Part shown: in pieces, positions 20,601 to 29,231 of the stretch
Numbering within the stretch: the first letter of the stretch is position 1
Layout: every line of letters starts with the position of its first letter
Assembly: GCA_043805855.1 (NCBI GenBank)
Contig: JAZDHP010000005.1
Location: 1,132-65,131, forward strand
Length of the DNA stretch: 64,000 nt
Reading direction: 5' to 3'
Origin: Candidatus Micrarchaeota archaeon
Lineage (GTDB): Archaea; Micrarchaeota; Micrarchaeia; Norongarragalinales; UBA8480
Translations under genes and position numbers: made by a program
The notes under the pieces: generated by a model
The model's database searches: none
Seen by the model: the letters and a program-made list of their open reading frames with translations, nothing else
Told to the model about the DNA's origin: nothing

Positions 20601-21940
20601 GCAGTTAATGCTGGAATACCAAGGAAGTAGCCGCCGAATCTATATAAGGCAACTTCTGCGTTTGAAGCGGGAAACCCATCTTCGCGTACAACTACAGTAA
20701 CTGAAACTGAGTTTCCAGGAAGCACTTCTTCAAGGGCAATTGTTTTAACTGCGCCTGCTGCGATTCCAGCTAGGAAGCCAGGTAAGTAACCTTCACTATA
20801 AGCAGTTGCATATGCGTTTGTACTTTGCGAAACTGTAAATGTTGCTTCGCCGTTTGCGTTTGTATCTTGAGATTCAATTAAATTGTTAGACGCTGCGTCG
20901 AATAATTTTACAACGCCTTCAATTCCAGTTCTCTCGGCGTTTAGCAAAGTTATTGTAATTGTACTTTGCGGTGTTGAACGGCGAGCTAGTTGAATTGGTA
21001 ACTCGTTTGCGTTTGCAGTTGGAGTAAATTCCTGCGAGTAAGTTTCAAACTGCGGGTGCTTTACTTGAACTGTGAAAGCTTCGCCATATGAAACGTTTTC
21101 AAAAACTACACTGCCATCTTGATAAGTGCGTTCTTTTTTCTTTTCAACGCTAGTTGCAACGTCGATTAAAGTTACAACTGCATTTTGTACTCCGCTGCCC
21201 GCGGAAGAAACGTGAATTGTGAAATCTCCAACGCTAGTTGGATCCCGCTGCGTAAGCTGTACTGTTATTGTTATTGGCGTTGTGCTTTCAAGTTGTTCTA
21301 CTGTTACTGGCTGTTGAGTCGCTTGTACTCCAACAGCAGTTACAGAAATTGTTCCCTGCGATAGCATTGACTGCTCAACAGTTATTATCGCGTTGCCGCT
21401 TGCATCGGTTGTTGCCAACGGTGCGAAGTCACCGTTTGCAAATGTTAATTGCACTTGCGCACCTTGAACAGATTGACCTTGCGAGTCAACTACTCTAACA
21501 TTTACATCTTGAGTTTCTGGTTGCAGCGAGCGTAATGTAATCGAACCTGAAAGTGAAGAAACATCACGCGATGCTGGCGTAAATCCGTCTGCACTTACAC
21601 GTATAATTGCATTTACTGGAACGCCTTGTAGGCTAACAGTTCCATCTTGGCCTGCGCGTGTTTCTGAAATCGATTGGTTGTTTACTAGCACTTGTACAAC
21701 TGCTCCTGAAACTGACCTGCCGAGAGTGTCTTTAACTGTTAGTGAAACATTTTTCTTTTCTACAAACACCCCTGGCGCGAGGTAAAAAGCCGCAATTGCG
21801 AGTATTAATATTAAAACAAGCGGCACAATTAAATGTGGAAACGGCAATCCCTTTTCTGCTAGTTTTTCAACTAACTCTAGGTATTTTTCTTTTATATTTT
21901 GTAAAAAGTTTGGTTCAGCTTGTTCGGCCATTACACGCAC
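14660..21940 (-). CDS. Giant (2426 aa) cell-surface protein: N-terminal TM anchor, many Ig/CARDB/carboxypeptidase-regulatory-like beta domains, Cys-rich and Q/Y/G/N-rich low-complexity region
   Basis: Single uninterrupted 7.3-kb ORF. N-terminus ...PFPHLIVPLVLILILAIAAFYLAPGVF is a signal anchor. Motifs such as TVxDxxGxPVxGAxVxL recur. The low-complexity stretch is QYQQGYSQGYGQGYGQTYQGG...YNQAFQPYNQQQQ. Confidence 0.85.
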   Translation of the reverse strand: MRVMAEQAEPNFLQNIKEKYLELVEKLAEKGLPFPHLIVPLVLILILAIAAFYLAPGVFVEKKNVSLTVKDTLGRSVSGAVVQVLVNNQSISETRAGQDGTVSLQGVPVNAIIRVSADGFTPASRDVSSLSGSITLRSLQPETQDVNVRVVDSQGQSVQGAQVQLTFANGDFAPLATTDASGNAIITVEQSMLSQGTISVTAVGVQATQQPVTVEQLESTTPITITVQLTQRDPTSVGDFTIHVSSAGSGVQNAVVTLIDVATSVEKKKERTYQDGSVVFENVSYGEAFTVQVKHPQFETYSQEFTPTANANELPIQLARRSTPQSTITITLLNAERTGIEGVVKLFDAASNNLIESQDTNANGEATFTVSQSTNAYATAYSEGYLPGFLAGIAAGAVKTIALEEVLPGNSVSVTVVVREDGFPASNAEVALYRFGGYFLGIPALTAGGEGIANATIPLAVEGAAYKVYAKASKQSASGQSDVVDVTSAPLSLTVDLVAMPANVSITLKDLATDQLIPNGAIEALVEGIPVSSCTVLNGTCVLPVAANKEFTIRATAPGYLTYVTSTKTFSPAEQAKETVTLFPVSLAQSATVNFLGLFDSRGVKAKEVANAETYSAKFAVNMPQNVDENAGFYVQVGDEQTTAESSAVITSFNSNGAPYVQSDSELKSVESTENNGELDNSTTSTSATSTSSCYNGKTNAGEEMKWVYFSFPRGFTGTREFVVNVKVSKTAEAGAEIKINYKAFAFKDGLPLIYPSDTELLDSLRQQIDEGLRLTPEDTCQMRVVTQSIPVTQQTLTCTEDDVCWKAILFDSASQGNPSTYQPQIAKDFTFELELLSPVSIDSLGLTTEHFNVKNSRQTLSGLEKVSFADDGTATTTASAITTSGRTFNLPFTSLPNKKAKMSMTLTPLQVSQDAPLTFTLRSGSKTFQIPVQLTVSGTNAFTATIAPSTVPALQDSKITIVVRDKNNNYVETAAVGLYECANSPFSGNEPEQLLGDGSQNNGLTGRYRVDVNPTGLGEIGARVEAEGFKTLETCSVTVQGKNFLAIDPESMEFTGSSLEPQAQQVTLSNALNEPIRVATSINCGGDPVPLKVFPTSITIEPNSDSTLSLKILNNVTSNTNCLATFTARAGTYRVAEELPLMVDVECPGCINSAATGSDSSPLPGAITLITMPPFLQDSYSIPLRLSADPTCRLSGLRMNYAGQYQQGYSQGYGQGYGQTYQGGVLGGMPTPVLWWCTACTMPMNGQSQCNQCQQVTPSQWGCGACVPNPVTAPTSSQLPVHLSATCSACQTGQGAYQAQAFMSPLSYNGYQTPYNQAFQPYNQQQQVSYDRSTGGILRQDYGYGANQYNRPGAYPVGLPGSQYGPNYNNYNGNGYNQYQMGNGFSQNSVKDAVQIDECTKDAITVTADYSFVGQPYPATGNLEVTLPDGARKTIRVNVIAAPQGPMMGGPTGIPFGAQTWDAACGETETRKVSVTPAWKFASPVTVQLTCPIVFDKYKIISVQTKDNSELSQASCNAELKDNELITNCDFKDDAGAIKALENDGKVFVKLLVSSAQNVNAKVEVKIMATYEQTKVAKEAPEAQVQLNPAEPAEPPAHVEAPIVSASNKQPKIQVLAGTKDVCNGNAMSGEELTIKSSFPSGGNERKVIVTKQQTGGSFTDEQTFTGAKEADTQKYTVKGDTGQRFGFKASAIYPTGQKVSDDCIVTLTDRQLLIDKITPGYFKPATPATFNIFRLTFPEHLNRLTKVSTKVELDKTRLATLGKKDVYIAVQYSCKDKTTQKVTELNQKKYTLKAPNYKVADKTLAETAVDSLEFSRCDVGVNAVNEYTIKVELQTAAPVGGGVSTLETRYYQCVQKNGDPADCFRPTIVTTQAGQKAEGQATPLSFVNYPETPFSLPTELNKATFDACGRIGAPLTSAIELQKTNVDGTISYLKDGDAIAPGDSFILRLCTDPKYDGETAKFRVEYQNEIDQIGLIDLGSKQIYNGVSSVSFDASSFLAADVISNNHIKVKKPVAFRAEIESRPSSTRYMCKYWPNLNEDCHTSEAKASFRLDNTAYYDKNCVKISAPNPNWLRCQLEIGDSVQLATGQYFRLGGIDLSKPEIKFVTAYDPAFSDKMDCNLHYDNPIGLGDVLGRSGEGVGVGNSRICGESIDNVETPLLLAKFIQLKKKPKAFTGVGSVDVDVAEVELYSVFGPLDKWLNEDYHYNFDVYSDEDKLIRQVKFRKPIKKLADFAISDSDNTEGIYNFSVNDVTKLKISGTTAILRFVGTGNNNGQYLFEVRDNEKAIGRNCGGGNSIGLTGFALGLLCFAPGTNIAGCPIILGLAGAIGGISVENLWKAANPGPFFLPAKLDDTISCSASGLSPGISVRVLKTAEREYNLRSGNKVTLPQVCAVISNDGVSDELEGKDFKPDVNCNNAKNGDND

Positions 21941-22036
21941 CCACTTGCAGCTCTTAAAGCATTTAGTTTAAATTGTCTTTTTCTTAATTTAAAAAGCATC
22001 GTATAACCCACCCTTCCCATTACCGGCAATGGCTTA

Positions 22037-23524
22037 TTATTTAAACTTGAAAGTCATTGTGCTTTGCAAGGCGTTTGATTCATCTTCGTTTACTTTAAAA
22101 CTAGGATCGCCGTCGACAATTTTTACATTTAATTGCAAACTAGCACCTAAATAAGGACTATAACCTTGGCCATCTAGATTGAGAAACGCGTCGCTTTGGT
22201 CGTAAATTACTTTTTTAATCGCGTCTTCACCAGTGCAAGTTACTGCAGTTCCAACGTGCGTACATCGCCCAACTGGAATATTAGCTTGCATAAATTCAAC
22301 GAAAATTAAATCAGGCATTTTGCCAACCGCAGGTTTAACAACCTGTTCGAAAAACCTTTCCACAAGTTTTTCCCGCGCGCCTTCGCGAGTTGCGTCGGTT
22401 ATTGATCCGCTTGACTGTGTGAATCCAATGTCATTTGGTAACGCGTTGGACGCACAAACTGCGCCATGGCACACGCCATCGAGTATTCCTTCTCGATCCA
22501 TATCATTTACTCCAATTTGCGGACCGTATGCTAAAAGTGAATAGAACTTAAACGCTGCATCTTCGTATTTCATTAACGGAAAAGCAATTGGAAGGTAAAA
22601 ATCTGCAGAGTCAGACAACGCGCCGGTGCGTAGATAATTTCCCGCGTCGTCTTTCACTTGCAAGCGCGGTAAACTTGCATAAACTTGGGGATTATTTGGC
22701 GTAACTTTGACAAAGAAAATTCCAGAATCACAACCCGGGATAATATTATCACCTTCGCATATATCGCCCGGATTTAATGTATCACGCTTGCAGCACTGTA
22801 AATTCCCGCGGCTAAATGCAGCGCAGTCAATTGTAACTCCTTGCATTAAATTTTTACAATTTGTAATATAAGTCTGGTAGTCAAAATCAGCACCGTTTCG
22901 CGGGTCAAAAAACTCTTGGAATTTAACAGCATTGCTTGGTGAGAGCGTCATACCTTCAAATTCAAATTTTTGGTTTATATTGCTCAAGAAATTTTGCAAG
23001 CCATACTTGTGGTTATTCATACAAGATGGTTCAGTTGCACGGCAGTCTGCTCGATTTCCACAATTACGATCACATTCAGTATCGCCAAGCGAATCTCCAG
23101 TGCTTGAACAAACTACGCTGTACAAACTATCTCTAATTCTAGTGCAACGCGTAAAACGCTCGGTTTTCAACGCCTCTTCCTTTTCACTTAGCAAATAACT
23201 AGGGCTGTTTGTAACTTCAATTCCGAAAATATCCCAACCTACACTTGTTAACGCTTGTTCAGTAACTGTTTTCAAATCTTCTCTAAATAAAGAACCAGCA
23301 TCGCTGCGGTAAAGTTCAATAATTGCAGAAATTCTATTCTGGTAAGCAGACTGCGCTATTTGCGAAACGGCGTTACTCTCCGCTTTGCTAATGCTAACAA
23401 CAAACACAATCGCAGTTACAAAAATAATCGTGCCAATGAGTGGCGCAGCGATGAAAGCTTTCTTCATGGAAAAAACAACACAAGCGTAATATAAAAAGTA
23501 ACTTCGTAAAACAATTAATGGCAA
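22037..23524 (-). CDS. Cys-rich secreted/anchored protein, unknown function
   Basis: 495 aa. N-terminal TM/signal MKKAFIAAPLIGTIIFVTAIVFVVSISKA, with many Cys in the mature part. Lies immediately upstream of, and co-directional with, the giant gene. Confidence 0.65.
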   Translation of the reverse strand: MPLIVLRSYFLYYACVVFSMKKAFIAAPLIGTIIFVTAIVFVVSISKAESNAVSQIAQSAYQNRISAIIELYRSDAGSLFREDLKTVTEQALTSVGWDIFGIEVTNSPSYLLSEKEEALKTERFTRCTRIRDSLYSVVCSSTGDSLGDTECDRNCGNRADCRATEPSCMNNHKYGLQNFLSNINQKFEFEGMTLSPSNAVKFQEFFDPRNGADFDYQTYITNCKNLMQGVTIDCAAFSRGNLQCCKRDTLNPGDICEGDNIIPGCDSGIFFVKVTPNNPQVYASLPRLQVKDDAGNYLRTGALSDSADFYLPIAFPLMKYEDAAFKFYSLLAYGPQIGVNDMDREGILDGVCHGAVCASNALPNDIGFTQSSGSITDATREGAREKLVERFFEQVVKPAVGKMPDLIFVEFMQANIPVGRCTHVGTAVTCTGEDAIKKVIYDQSDAFLNLDGQGYSPYLGASLQLNVKIVDGDPSFKVNEDESNALQSTMTFKFK

Positions 23525-24228
23525 AAGTTGTTTTGGTTTGGAACGAGCACCCGACTGAAGTTGTTGCGGGTTTCCATGCGAGGAAAGTTGCCGAAATTCT
23601 GAAAAATAAATACGGACACGACGTTGTAATTGAAAAAATTCCAGTTGCCGAGACTAACTATGGCATAATTAGAAATGGAAAGGGAAACAAAGCAAATCAA
23701 TTGCTTGCGCTTAGAGATTCTATAGATTTTTTTCCAAAAGATCCAAGTGGCACAAAGTTTATGTTTAATTTCCACGCTGCACCCGCAGAAAGAATAGGAA
23801 AAAGCACACAAATGCCAGCTAGACTTTTCAAGGTGAGTCATAAAAGATGGCAAGATAATCTTGAAAGATTTGCAACTGAAATTACAATAATTAAAGGAAA
23901 AGGCCGCCAATATGCAATTGAAATGCCTGGATATTTCACTCGCATCCCGGGAAACGCTTATAGAAAAATGCTAGAACAAAAACGAGAATTTGAAACTAAA
24001 GAAAGATCAAAAATTGATAGAAAAATCAGCGCTGGAACATACACCGCTAGAGACATACTTAAGCTAATGGAATTTGCAACTGCAACGCAAAACACTTACA
24101 CTATACAAAGAACCGCACTTCATACTAAAAGACAAAAGAAATTTTTGTCAAGCGACGTTTCCAAAAAAATCGCAGCAGCGATTCACGAGAGAATCAACGC
24201 CAGTAATACCAAACCGCGTAGAACGTAA
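23518..24228 (+). CDS. Paralog family A member 1 (MAKVVLVWNEHPTEVVAGFHARKVA... / ...KIAAAIHERI). Putative metal-hydrolase-like N-terminal domain.
   Basis: 236 aa. One of four paralogs, with 28486, 52914 and 53627. Conserved HxxE (NEHPTE), FNFH, IE(M/L)PG and a C-terminal S.KIAAAIH. A TATA-like gtaatataaaaag lies ~30 nt upstream. Confidence 0.7.
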   Translation: MAKVVLVWNEHPTEVVAGFHARKVAEILKNKYGHDVVIEKIPVAETNYGIIRNGKGNKANQLLALRDSIDFFPKDPSGTKFMFNFHAAPAERIGKSTQMPARLFKVSHKRWQDNLERFATEITIIKGKGRQYAIEMPGYFTRIPGNAYRKMLEQKREFETKERSKIDRKISAGTYTARDILKLMEFATATQNTYTIQRTALHTKRQKKFLSSDVSKKIAAAIHERINASNTKPRRT

Positions 24229-24688
24229 CCAGTCCAATTATGAGCGTTAACCGAAAGAGCACGTCGTGCAGTGGGACAAAAGCAGCTGTACCAAAACTAT
24301 TAATTGTAAACGCGATGCGAGCAGCGTTGAACAGCAAAAAGAAAACCACGCCAACAACAATTCCTTTTATTCTATAGTTGACGCTCCTATCTGCGCTGGC
24401 AGAAATAAAGCCAATTAACAACGCTAGCTCTAAAGCGCCGGAGCACAAGTCGCTAATTTCAATATCTCCACCTGGAATGAGCAAATGAGGAAATAACGGA
24501 GAGCCGGTGAAAACTAGCGAAGCGGATTTTCCAAGGAGCGTGAGGAAGAATTGTGCACCGCGTGCGGCAATTTCGTGGAGGAAAGTTGTGAACGTGAACA
24601 AAAAGTAAAGCGGAACTGCTATTGCAGCGGTTGTCACGATGAATTTAACTGCTTTTTGCAAATCATTAATTGCCATAGCTCTAATCAT
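24194..24688 (-). CDS. Mini archaeosortase/exosortase-like membrane protein
   Basis: 164 aa, about 5 TM segments. A Cys-Ser-Gly motif (DLCSGAL, C82), an Asn-x-x-Arg (FNAARIAF, R124) with Cys-to-Arg spacing of 42 aa, about the 41 aa I recall between the catalytic Cys173 and Arg214 of Haloferax ArtA. The family call is weak. Confidence 0.4.
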   Translation of the reverse strand: MIRAMAINDLQKAVKFIVTTAAIAVPLYFLFTFTTFLHEIAARGAQFFLTLLGKSASLVFTGSPLFPHLLIPGGDIEISDLCSGALELALLIGFISASADRSVNYRIKGIVVGVVFFLLFNAARIAFTINSFGTAAFVPLHDVLFRLTLIIGLVTFYAVWYYWR

Positions 24689-24867
24689 TTTTTACATTAC
24701 TCTTTTTAATTAAATAACCACACACTTTCAGCTGGACACATCGTAATGGAAAAAAGTACATAAAAGTTTCCATTATAATATTACAAATTGAATAAAATTA
24801 ATTTATAGCGGTGTTTTTTAATTAAACAACTTCTTTTATCTATTCAACTTAAGGAGTTTTAGCTACA

Positions 24868-27747
24868 ATGGTTGACTTTACAAGTATAGAAAACAAATGG
24901 CAAAGCAAGTGGTACACTGAAAAGATATTTGAACCAAAAACTGAAAAAAATAAAGAGAAATTCCTTTTTACCGTGCCATACCCGTATGTTTCTGGCGCGT
25001 TGCACGTTGGCCACGGGCGAACCTACGTCAACGGAGATATCGCTGCGCGGTTCAAGCGCATGCTTGGTTACAACGTTATGTGGCCAATTGCGTTTCACAT
25101 AACCGGTACTCCAGTGCTCGCGGTTAGCTCAAAAATTGCAGCTGGCGACGAAGCTACGATTAAACTTTACAACGAATACGTTTCCATCTACGAAGAGGAC
25201 AAGAGCAAAGTTCCCGCGATTGTAAAAAGTTTCACTGAACCATGGAAATTGGTGAATTACTTTTCTAGCAAAATGATTCAGGATTTCAAGTCAATTGGTT
25301 TTTCACTAGATTTGTCGCGTCAATTTACAACTGGCGACAAGGAGTACAACGCGTTTGTCACGTGGCAGTTTCACAAGTACAAAGACGCTGGCTATTTGAA
25401 ACAAGCTAGCTACCCAATTCTATATTGCGTTAATTGCAAAAACGCAGTTGGGGAGGACGACATTCAAGACGCTGACACTGAACCAGTTGAAGTGCAGAAG
25501 TTCACCGCACCGAAATTTAAATTAAAAGGAGAAAAGGCGTTTCTCGTTACCGCCACTTTAAGGCCAGACACAATTTATGGCGTTACTAATCTTTTTGTTA
25601 AACCCGGCGTTACTTACGTTCGCGGCAAAGTGGAAATAAACGGAAACCCCGAAGAGTGGATATTATCACCGCAAGCTGCAGAAAAATTAGCGTTTCAGCA
25701 AATTAAATTTACAAAAATTGCAGAGATAAATGGAGATTCTTTAATTGGTAAAGAAGTTGAAACACCAACTGGTTCTATTGTACCAATTGTACCTGGAGAA
25801 TTTATAGAAGAAGAAACGGGAACTGGAATCGTTCACTCTGAACCTTCAGATGCTCCGTTTGACTTAGTTGCAATTGAAGAGTTGAAACGCGATGAAAAAA
25901 CACTTGCGCAATACCCCGGCTTGAAGGAAAAAGTAAACGCGATAAAATTCAAACAAGTAATTTCATGTTCAGGGTATTCAGAATGCCCCGCGTTGGATTT
26001 AGTGAAAAAGTACAACGTAAAAACTACAAAACAAGCAGATGTGCTTAACAAAATTACTAAACAACTTTACAAAGATGAGTTTTACGGCGGCAAAGTTGTA
26101 AACAGCGGCGAGTTCAATGGATTGCCAGTTGAACAAGCAAAGGAAAAGATGGCAGCTTGGCTTGAAAAAACCGAAAAAGCTCATCACATTTACGAAACTT
26201 CTCGGTTAGCAAAGTGCCGCTGCGGTGGAAAAGTTGTAACCGCTGTTATGAACGACCAGTGGTTTCTTGATTTCAATGCAAAGGGCTGGAAGGAAAAATC
26301 CCACGCTTGCCTAGCGCAGATGAAAATCTACCCGGAAAATTACCGAAAACAATTTGAAGATACATTCGCGTGGCTTGACAAACGTCCATGCGCGCGGCGA
26401 CGCGGGCTAGGAACGCAATTACCGTTTGCAAACGAGTGGATAATTGAATCTCTCTCTGACTCGACAATTTACCCAGCGCTTTACACTGTTATAAAAGAAA
26501 TTCGAGTGAAAAAATTAAAACCAGAACAACTTACGGTTGAATTTTTCGACTACGTTTTCCTCGGAAAAGGAAAACCTGAAGACGTCGCGAAGAAAATAAA
26601 GTGCAAAGCGAAAGATCTTGAAGATATACGCGCGGAGTTCGTTTACTGGTACCCGTGCGACCAGCGGCACACGGCAATTGCACACATTACAAACCATTTA
26701 TCGTTTTACGTTTTTGCCCACGCTGCGATTTTTGACAAAAAATTCTGGCCAAAAGCAATCACAGTAAACGAACTTCTCATCAGCGAAGGTACAAAGATGA
26801 GCAAGAGTAAAGGCAACGTCATAACGCTCGACGCTATTCGTAAAAATTACTCTGCTGACCTTTACCGCTTGTACTCAGTTGCAACTGCTGATTTTGCAAG
26901 CGTGCTTGACTTTCGCAAGGCGGATATTGAAAACTCGCGGAAAAGCTTAACGAGGCTTTACGGCGTGCTGGAAAACTTAATTGAACTTTCAAAGAAGAAA
27001 ACAAGCGCAAAAAGTGGAAAGAAAAAAGAATCAAATTTAACTGCGTGGATTTTAAGCAAATTCGAAAGCCGACTTGAGAAAAGCACAGCTGCAATTGAAG
27101 GGCTTGAATTGCGTTTATATGCACAATCCGCAATTTATGGCATTTTAAACGACTGGGAATATTTCGCGAAGCGCGCAAGCGAAGAAGAAAAAATAACCAC
27201 AGCAAAGCACATTGTCAAAAAATGGATTTTACTGCTAACGCCTTTGATTCCCCACTCGTGCGAGGAGTTGAACGAACAGCTTGGCGAAAAAACCTACGCT
27301 TCCCTATCACAATGGCCTAACGTTGAAAAGAAATTGATAAACCCTAACGTTGAACAGCGCGAGGAGTACGTAAAAAACATTTTTGAAGACGTTACAAAAA
27401 TTAAAGATGTAATCCAGCGCAAGAACAACAAACTGAAATTAACAAAGTGTACGTTAATCGTTGCAAGCGACGCGAAATGGGCTGAACTCTTCGCCGCGTT
27501 GAAGAAAGATTCGCTTGAAAAGGTGAAAACAACAAGCGAAGCAATGCAGAAACACATGGAAAAGCACTTTTACTCACTGCAAGAACAGCACGTTAAGCAA
27601 ATTGACGAAATGGAAGTTATTAACCAAGCTAAAACATTTCTAGAAAAGGAACTCACACTGACAATTGATGTTGAAAGCGAAGAGAAAAGCTCGCATGAAA
27701 AAGCAATTCGCGCAGTGCCGTTGAAACCAAGCATTGTGCTGGAATAA
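24868..27747 (+). CDS. leuS: Leucyl-tRNA synthetase (archaeal/eukaryal type)
   Basis: 959 aa. Class I HIGH motif (PYPYVSGALHVGHGRTY), KMSKS motif (KMSKSKGNV), CP1 editing-domain-sized insertion. GGAG-type RBS 8 nt upstream. Confidence 0.93.
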   Translation: MVDFTSIENKWQSKWYTEKIFEPKTEKNKEKFLFTVPYPYVSGALHVGHGRTYVNGDIAARFKRMLGYNVMWPIAFHITGTPVLAVSSKIAAGDEATIKLYNEYVSIYEEDKSKVPAIVKSFTEPWKLVNYFSSKMIQDFKSIGFSLDLSRQFTTGDKEYNAFVTWQFHKYKDAGYLKQASYPILYCVNCKNAVGEDDIQDADTEPVEVQKFTAPKFKLKGEKAFLVTATLRPDTIYGVTNLFVKPGVTYVRGKVEINGNPEEWILSPQAAEKLAFQQIKFTKIAEINGDSLIGKEVETPTGSIVPIVPGEFIEEETGTGIVHSEPSDAPFDLVAIEELKRDEKTLAQYPGLKEKVNAIKFKQVISCSGYSECPALDLVKKYNVKTTKQADVLNKITKQLYKDEFYGGKVVNSGEFNGLPVEQAKEKMAAWLEKTEKAHHIYETSRLAKCRCGGKVVTAVMNDQWFLDFNAKGWKEKSHACLAQMKIYPENYRKQFEDTFAWLDKRPCARRRGLGTQLPFANEWIIESLSDSTIYPALYTVIKEIRVKKLKPEQLTVEFFDYVFLGKGKPEDVAKKIKCKAKDLEDIRAEFVYWYPCDQRHTAIAHITNHLSFYVFAHAAIFDKKFWPKAITVNELLISEGTKMSKSKGNVITLDAIRKNYSADLYRLYSVATADFASVLDFRKADIENSRKSLTRLYGVLENLIELSKKKTSAKSGKKKESNLTAWILSKFESRLEKSTAAIEGLELRLYAQSAIYGILNDWEYFAKRASEEEKITTAKHIVKKWILLLTPLIPHSCEELNEQLGEKTYASLSQWPNVEKKLINPNVEQREEYVKNIFEDVTKIKDVIQRKNNKLKLTKCTLIVASDAKWAELFAALKKDSLEKVKTTSEAMQKHMEKHFYSLQEQHVKQIDEMEVINQAKTFLEKELTLTIDVESEEKSSHEKAIRAVPLKPSIVLE

Positions 27748-27814
27748 TAGCGAAAGACAAAAAAAACTTTAACGAAAGCCATTCGCTACAACCGCCGATC
27801 TACGAAAGTATGGT

Positions 27815-27838
27815 TTTCATAAAATCGATTTTATGAAA
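27815..27838. promoter_or_regulatory. Perfect 24-nt palindrome TTTCATAAAATCGATTTTATGAAA between leuS and the TA operon
   Basis: Exact inverted repeat, verified by hand. Lies 70 nt upstream of the antitoxin start and 68 nt after the leuS stop. Candidate antitoxin operator or terminator. Confidence 0.4.
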
Positions 27839-27908
27839 GCGACAATTTCACAAAATCTCAACTAAAAGCTTTTTAAATGTATTTTACCATTAATATAATG
27901 GTGATTTA

Positions 27909-28145
27909 ATGGTAATGTTAAGTGTTGAGGTGTACGGCGTCACTGAACAGGTTCTAAACGACTTGGTACTTGCAGGTTACGCTAAAACCAAAACAGAAGC
28001 AGTGAGACAGGCAATTATTCATCTAGGCCAGGAACTTAACTTATTACGCAGCAAAAAACGAACCGAAGATGAGGAATGGCAAGAATTTGCTGCAAGAGAA
28101 GCCTTAGGGGACTGGGACGATGCAAGAAAATTATTCAAGTTTTAA
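27909..28145 (+). CDS. Putative antitoxin of the MazF-type module
   Basis: 78 aa, acidic C-terminus (EDEEWQEFAAREALGDWDD). Overlaps the toxin gene start by 26 nt. Confidence 0.45.
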   Translation: MVMLSVEVYGVTEQVLNDLVLAGYAKTKTEAVRQAIIHLGQELNLLRSKKRTEDEEWQEFAAREALGDWDDARKLFKF

Positions 28146-28476
28146 ACAAGGCGATATTGTTATCATGAAAATGCAATTCTCTACTTTTGAAGAGGCAAAG
28201 ATAAGGCCCGCTCTCGTCATCAGCTCAAATACATATAACCAACACGGCGAAGACATAATACTATTGAAAATAACCTCGCATGGAAAAGATAGACCATATA
28301 GCGTGCCAATCGCACAAAACGATTTGGTCTCAGGTACACTTAACTTAGATAGCTTTGTAAAAGCCGATTTTCCAATTACTGTAAAAAAGGATAAATTATT
28401 CAAAACAATTGGCAAAGTAAGCCCAAAAATCGTGCAACAAACAAAAGAAAAGCTAAAACAAATATTAGAACTGTGA
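28120..28476 (+). CDS. MazF/PemK-family endoribonuclease toxin
   Basis: 118 aa. KQGDIVIMKMQFSTFEEAKIRPALVISS...EDIILLKITSH...SVPI...SFVKADFPITV matches the PemK/MazF signature (GDIV...K.RPALVIS...ITS...V.I). Confidence 0.7.
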   Translation: MQENYSSFKQGDIVIMKMQFSTFEEAKIRPALVISSNTYNQHGEDIILLKITSHGKDRPYSVPIAQNDLVSGTLNLDSFVKADFPITVKKDKLFKTIGKVSPKIVQQTKEKLKQILEL

Positions 28477-28485
28477 ACAAAAAAC

Positions 28486-29193
28486 ATGGCAAAGGTTGTT
28501 TTGGTGTGGAATGAACATCCAACTGAAGTTATTGCAGGACACCACTGCCGGCAAGTTGCAAAACTCTTACGTGAAATGGGACACGAAGTTATTGTAAAGA
28601 AGATAGCCGCTCGCGACACAATATACGGAACAGTACAACACGATAATTACGCAGCTGCTGGGAAAAAATTACTAAACACAAAGCCAACCGCAGAGATTAC
28701 TGAAGAGTTTGCAAAAAATTTTAATGCAATTACTTTTAATTTTCACGGCTATGCTGCAACTGCTTTACGGCGGTATCGAGCTAAAAAACCAGAAAGATTA
28801 AAGATAAAAGAAAAGTTAGGCAAAAGCTCCTTGATAATACGTGGCGATATATGCTTTTATAGAATTTCACCGCATGCGTTTGCAATTGAAATTCCAGGCA
28901 TTATGGAAAAATTGCCAAGAGAAAAAAGAGCGGTTCAAAAAGAACGATTAAACCAAGCGCTATACGGGGCAATCAAAGCAAAGGAAAGGGCAAACGTAGG
29001 CAAATCATTATTAAAACGAATCGGGGATCATTCAATGCAAATGGATCAAATACTAAACACGACTGACGCTAAGTATCACCTAAACCGCATGCCAATGAAT
29101 TTGCCAGCACAGCAGAATTTTAAATCTCCAGTTATTTCTGAAAAAATCGCAGCTGCTATACACGAGCGGCTTACTTCGCAACGCGTAAAGTGA
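28486..29193 (+). CDS. Paralog family A member 2
   Basis: 235 aa. MAKVVLVWNEHPTEVIAGHHCRQVA...FNFHGYA...FAIEIPG...SEKIAAAIHERL. Confidence 0.7.
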   Translation: MAKVVLVWNEHPTEVIAGHHCRQVAKLLREMGHEVIVKKIAARDTIYGTVQHDNYAAAGKKLLNTKPTAEITEEFAKNFNAITFNFHGYAATALRRYRAKKPERLKIKEKLGKSSLIIRGDICFYRISPHAFAIEIPGIMEKLPREKRAVQKERLNQALYGAIKAKERANVGKSLLKRIGDHSMQMDQILNTTDAKYHLNRMPMNLPAQQNFKSPVISEKIAAAIHERLTSQRVK

Positions 29194-29231
29194 AAACGCA
29201 GTCATTAATAGACAAGTTAGCGTAAAAATAA

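Noticed and set aside
23515-23910. 131-aa minus-strand ORF overlapping family A member 1
   Set aside because: Antisense to a gene with four conserved paralogs, with no conservation of its own.
28131-28619. 162-aa minus-strand ORF antisense to mazF-like and family A genes
   Set aside because: Overlaps two well-supported plus-strand genes. Spurious.
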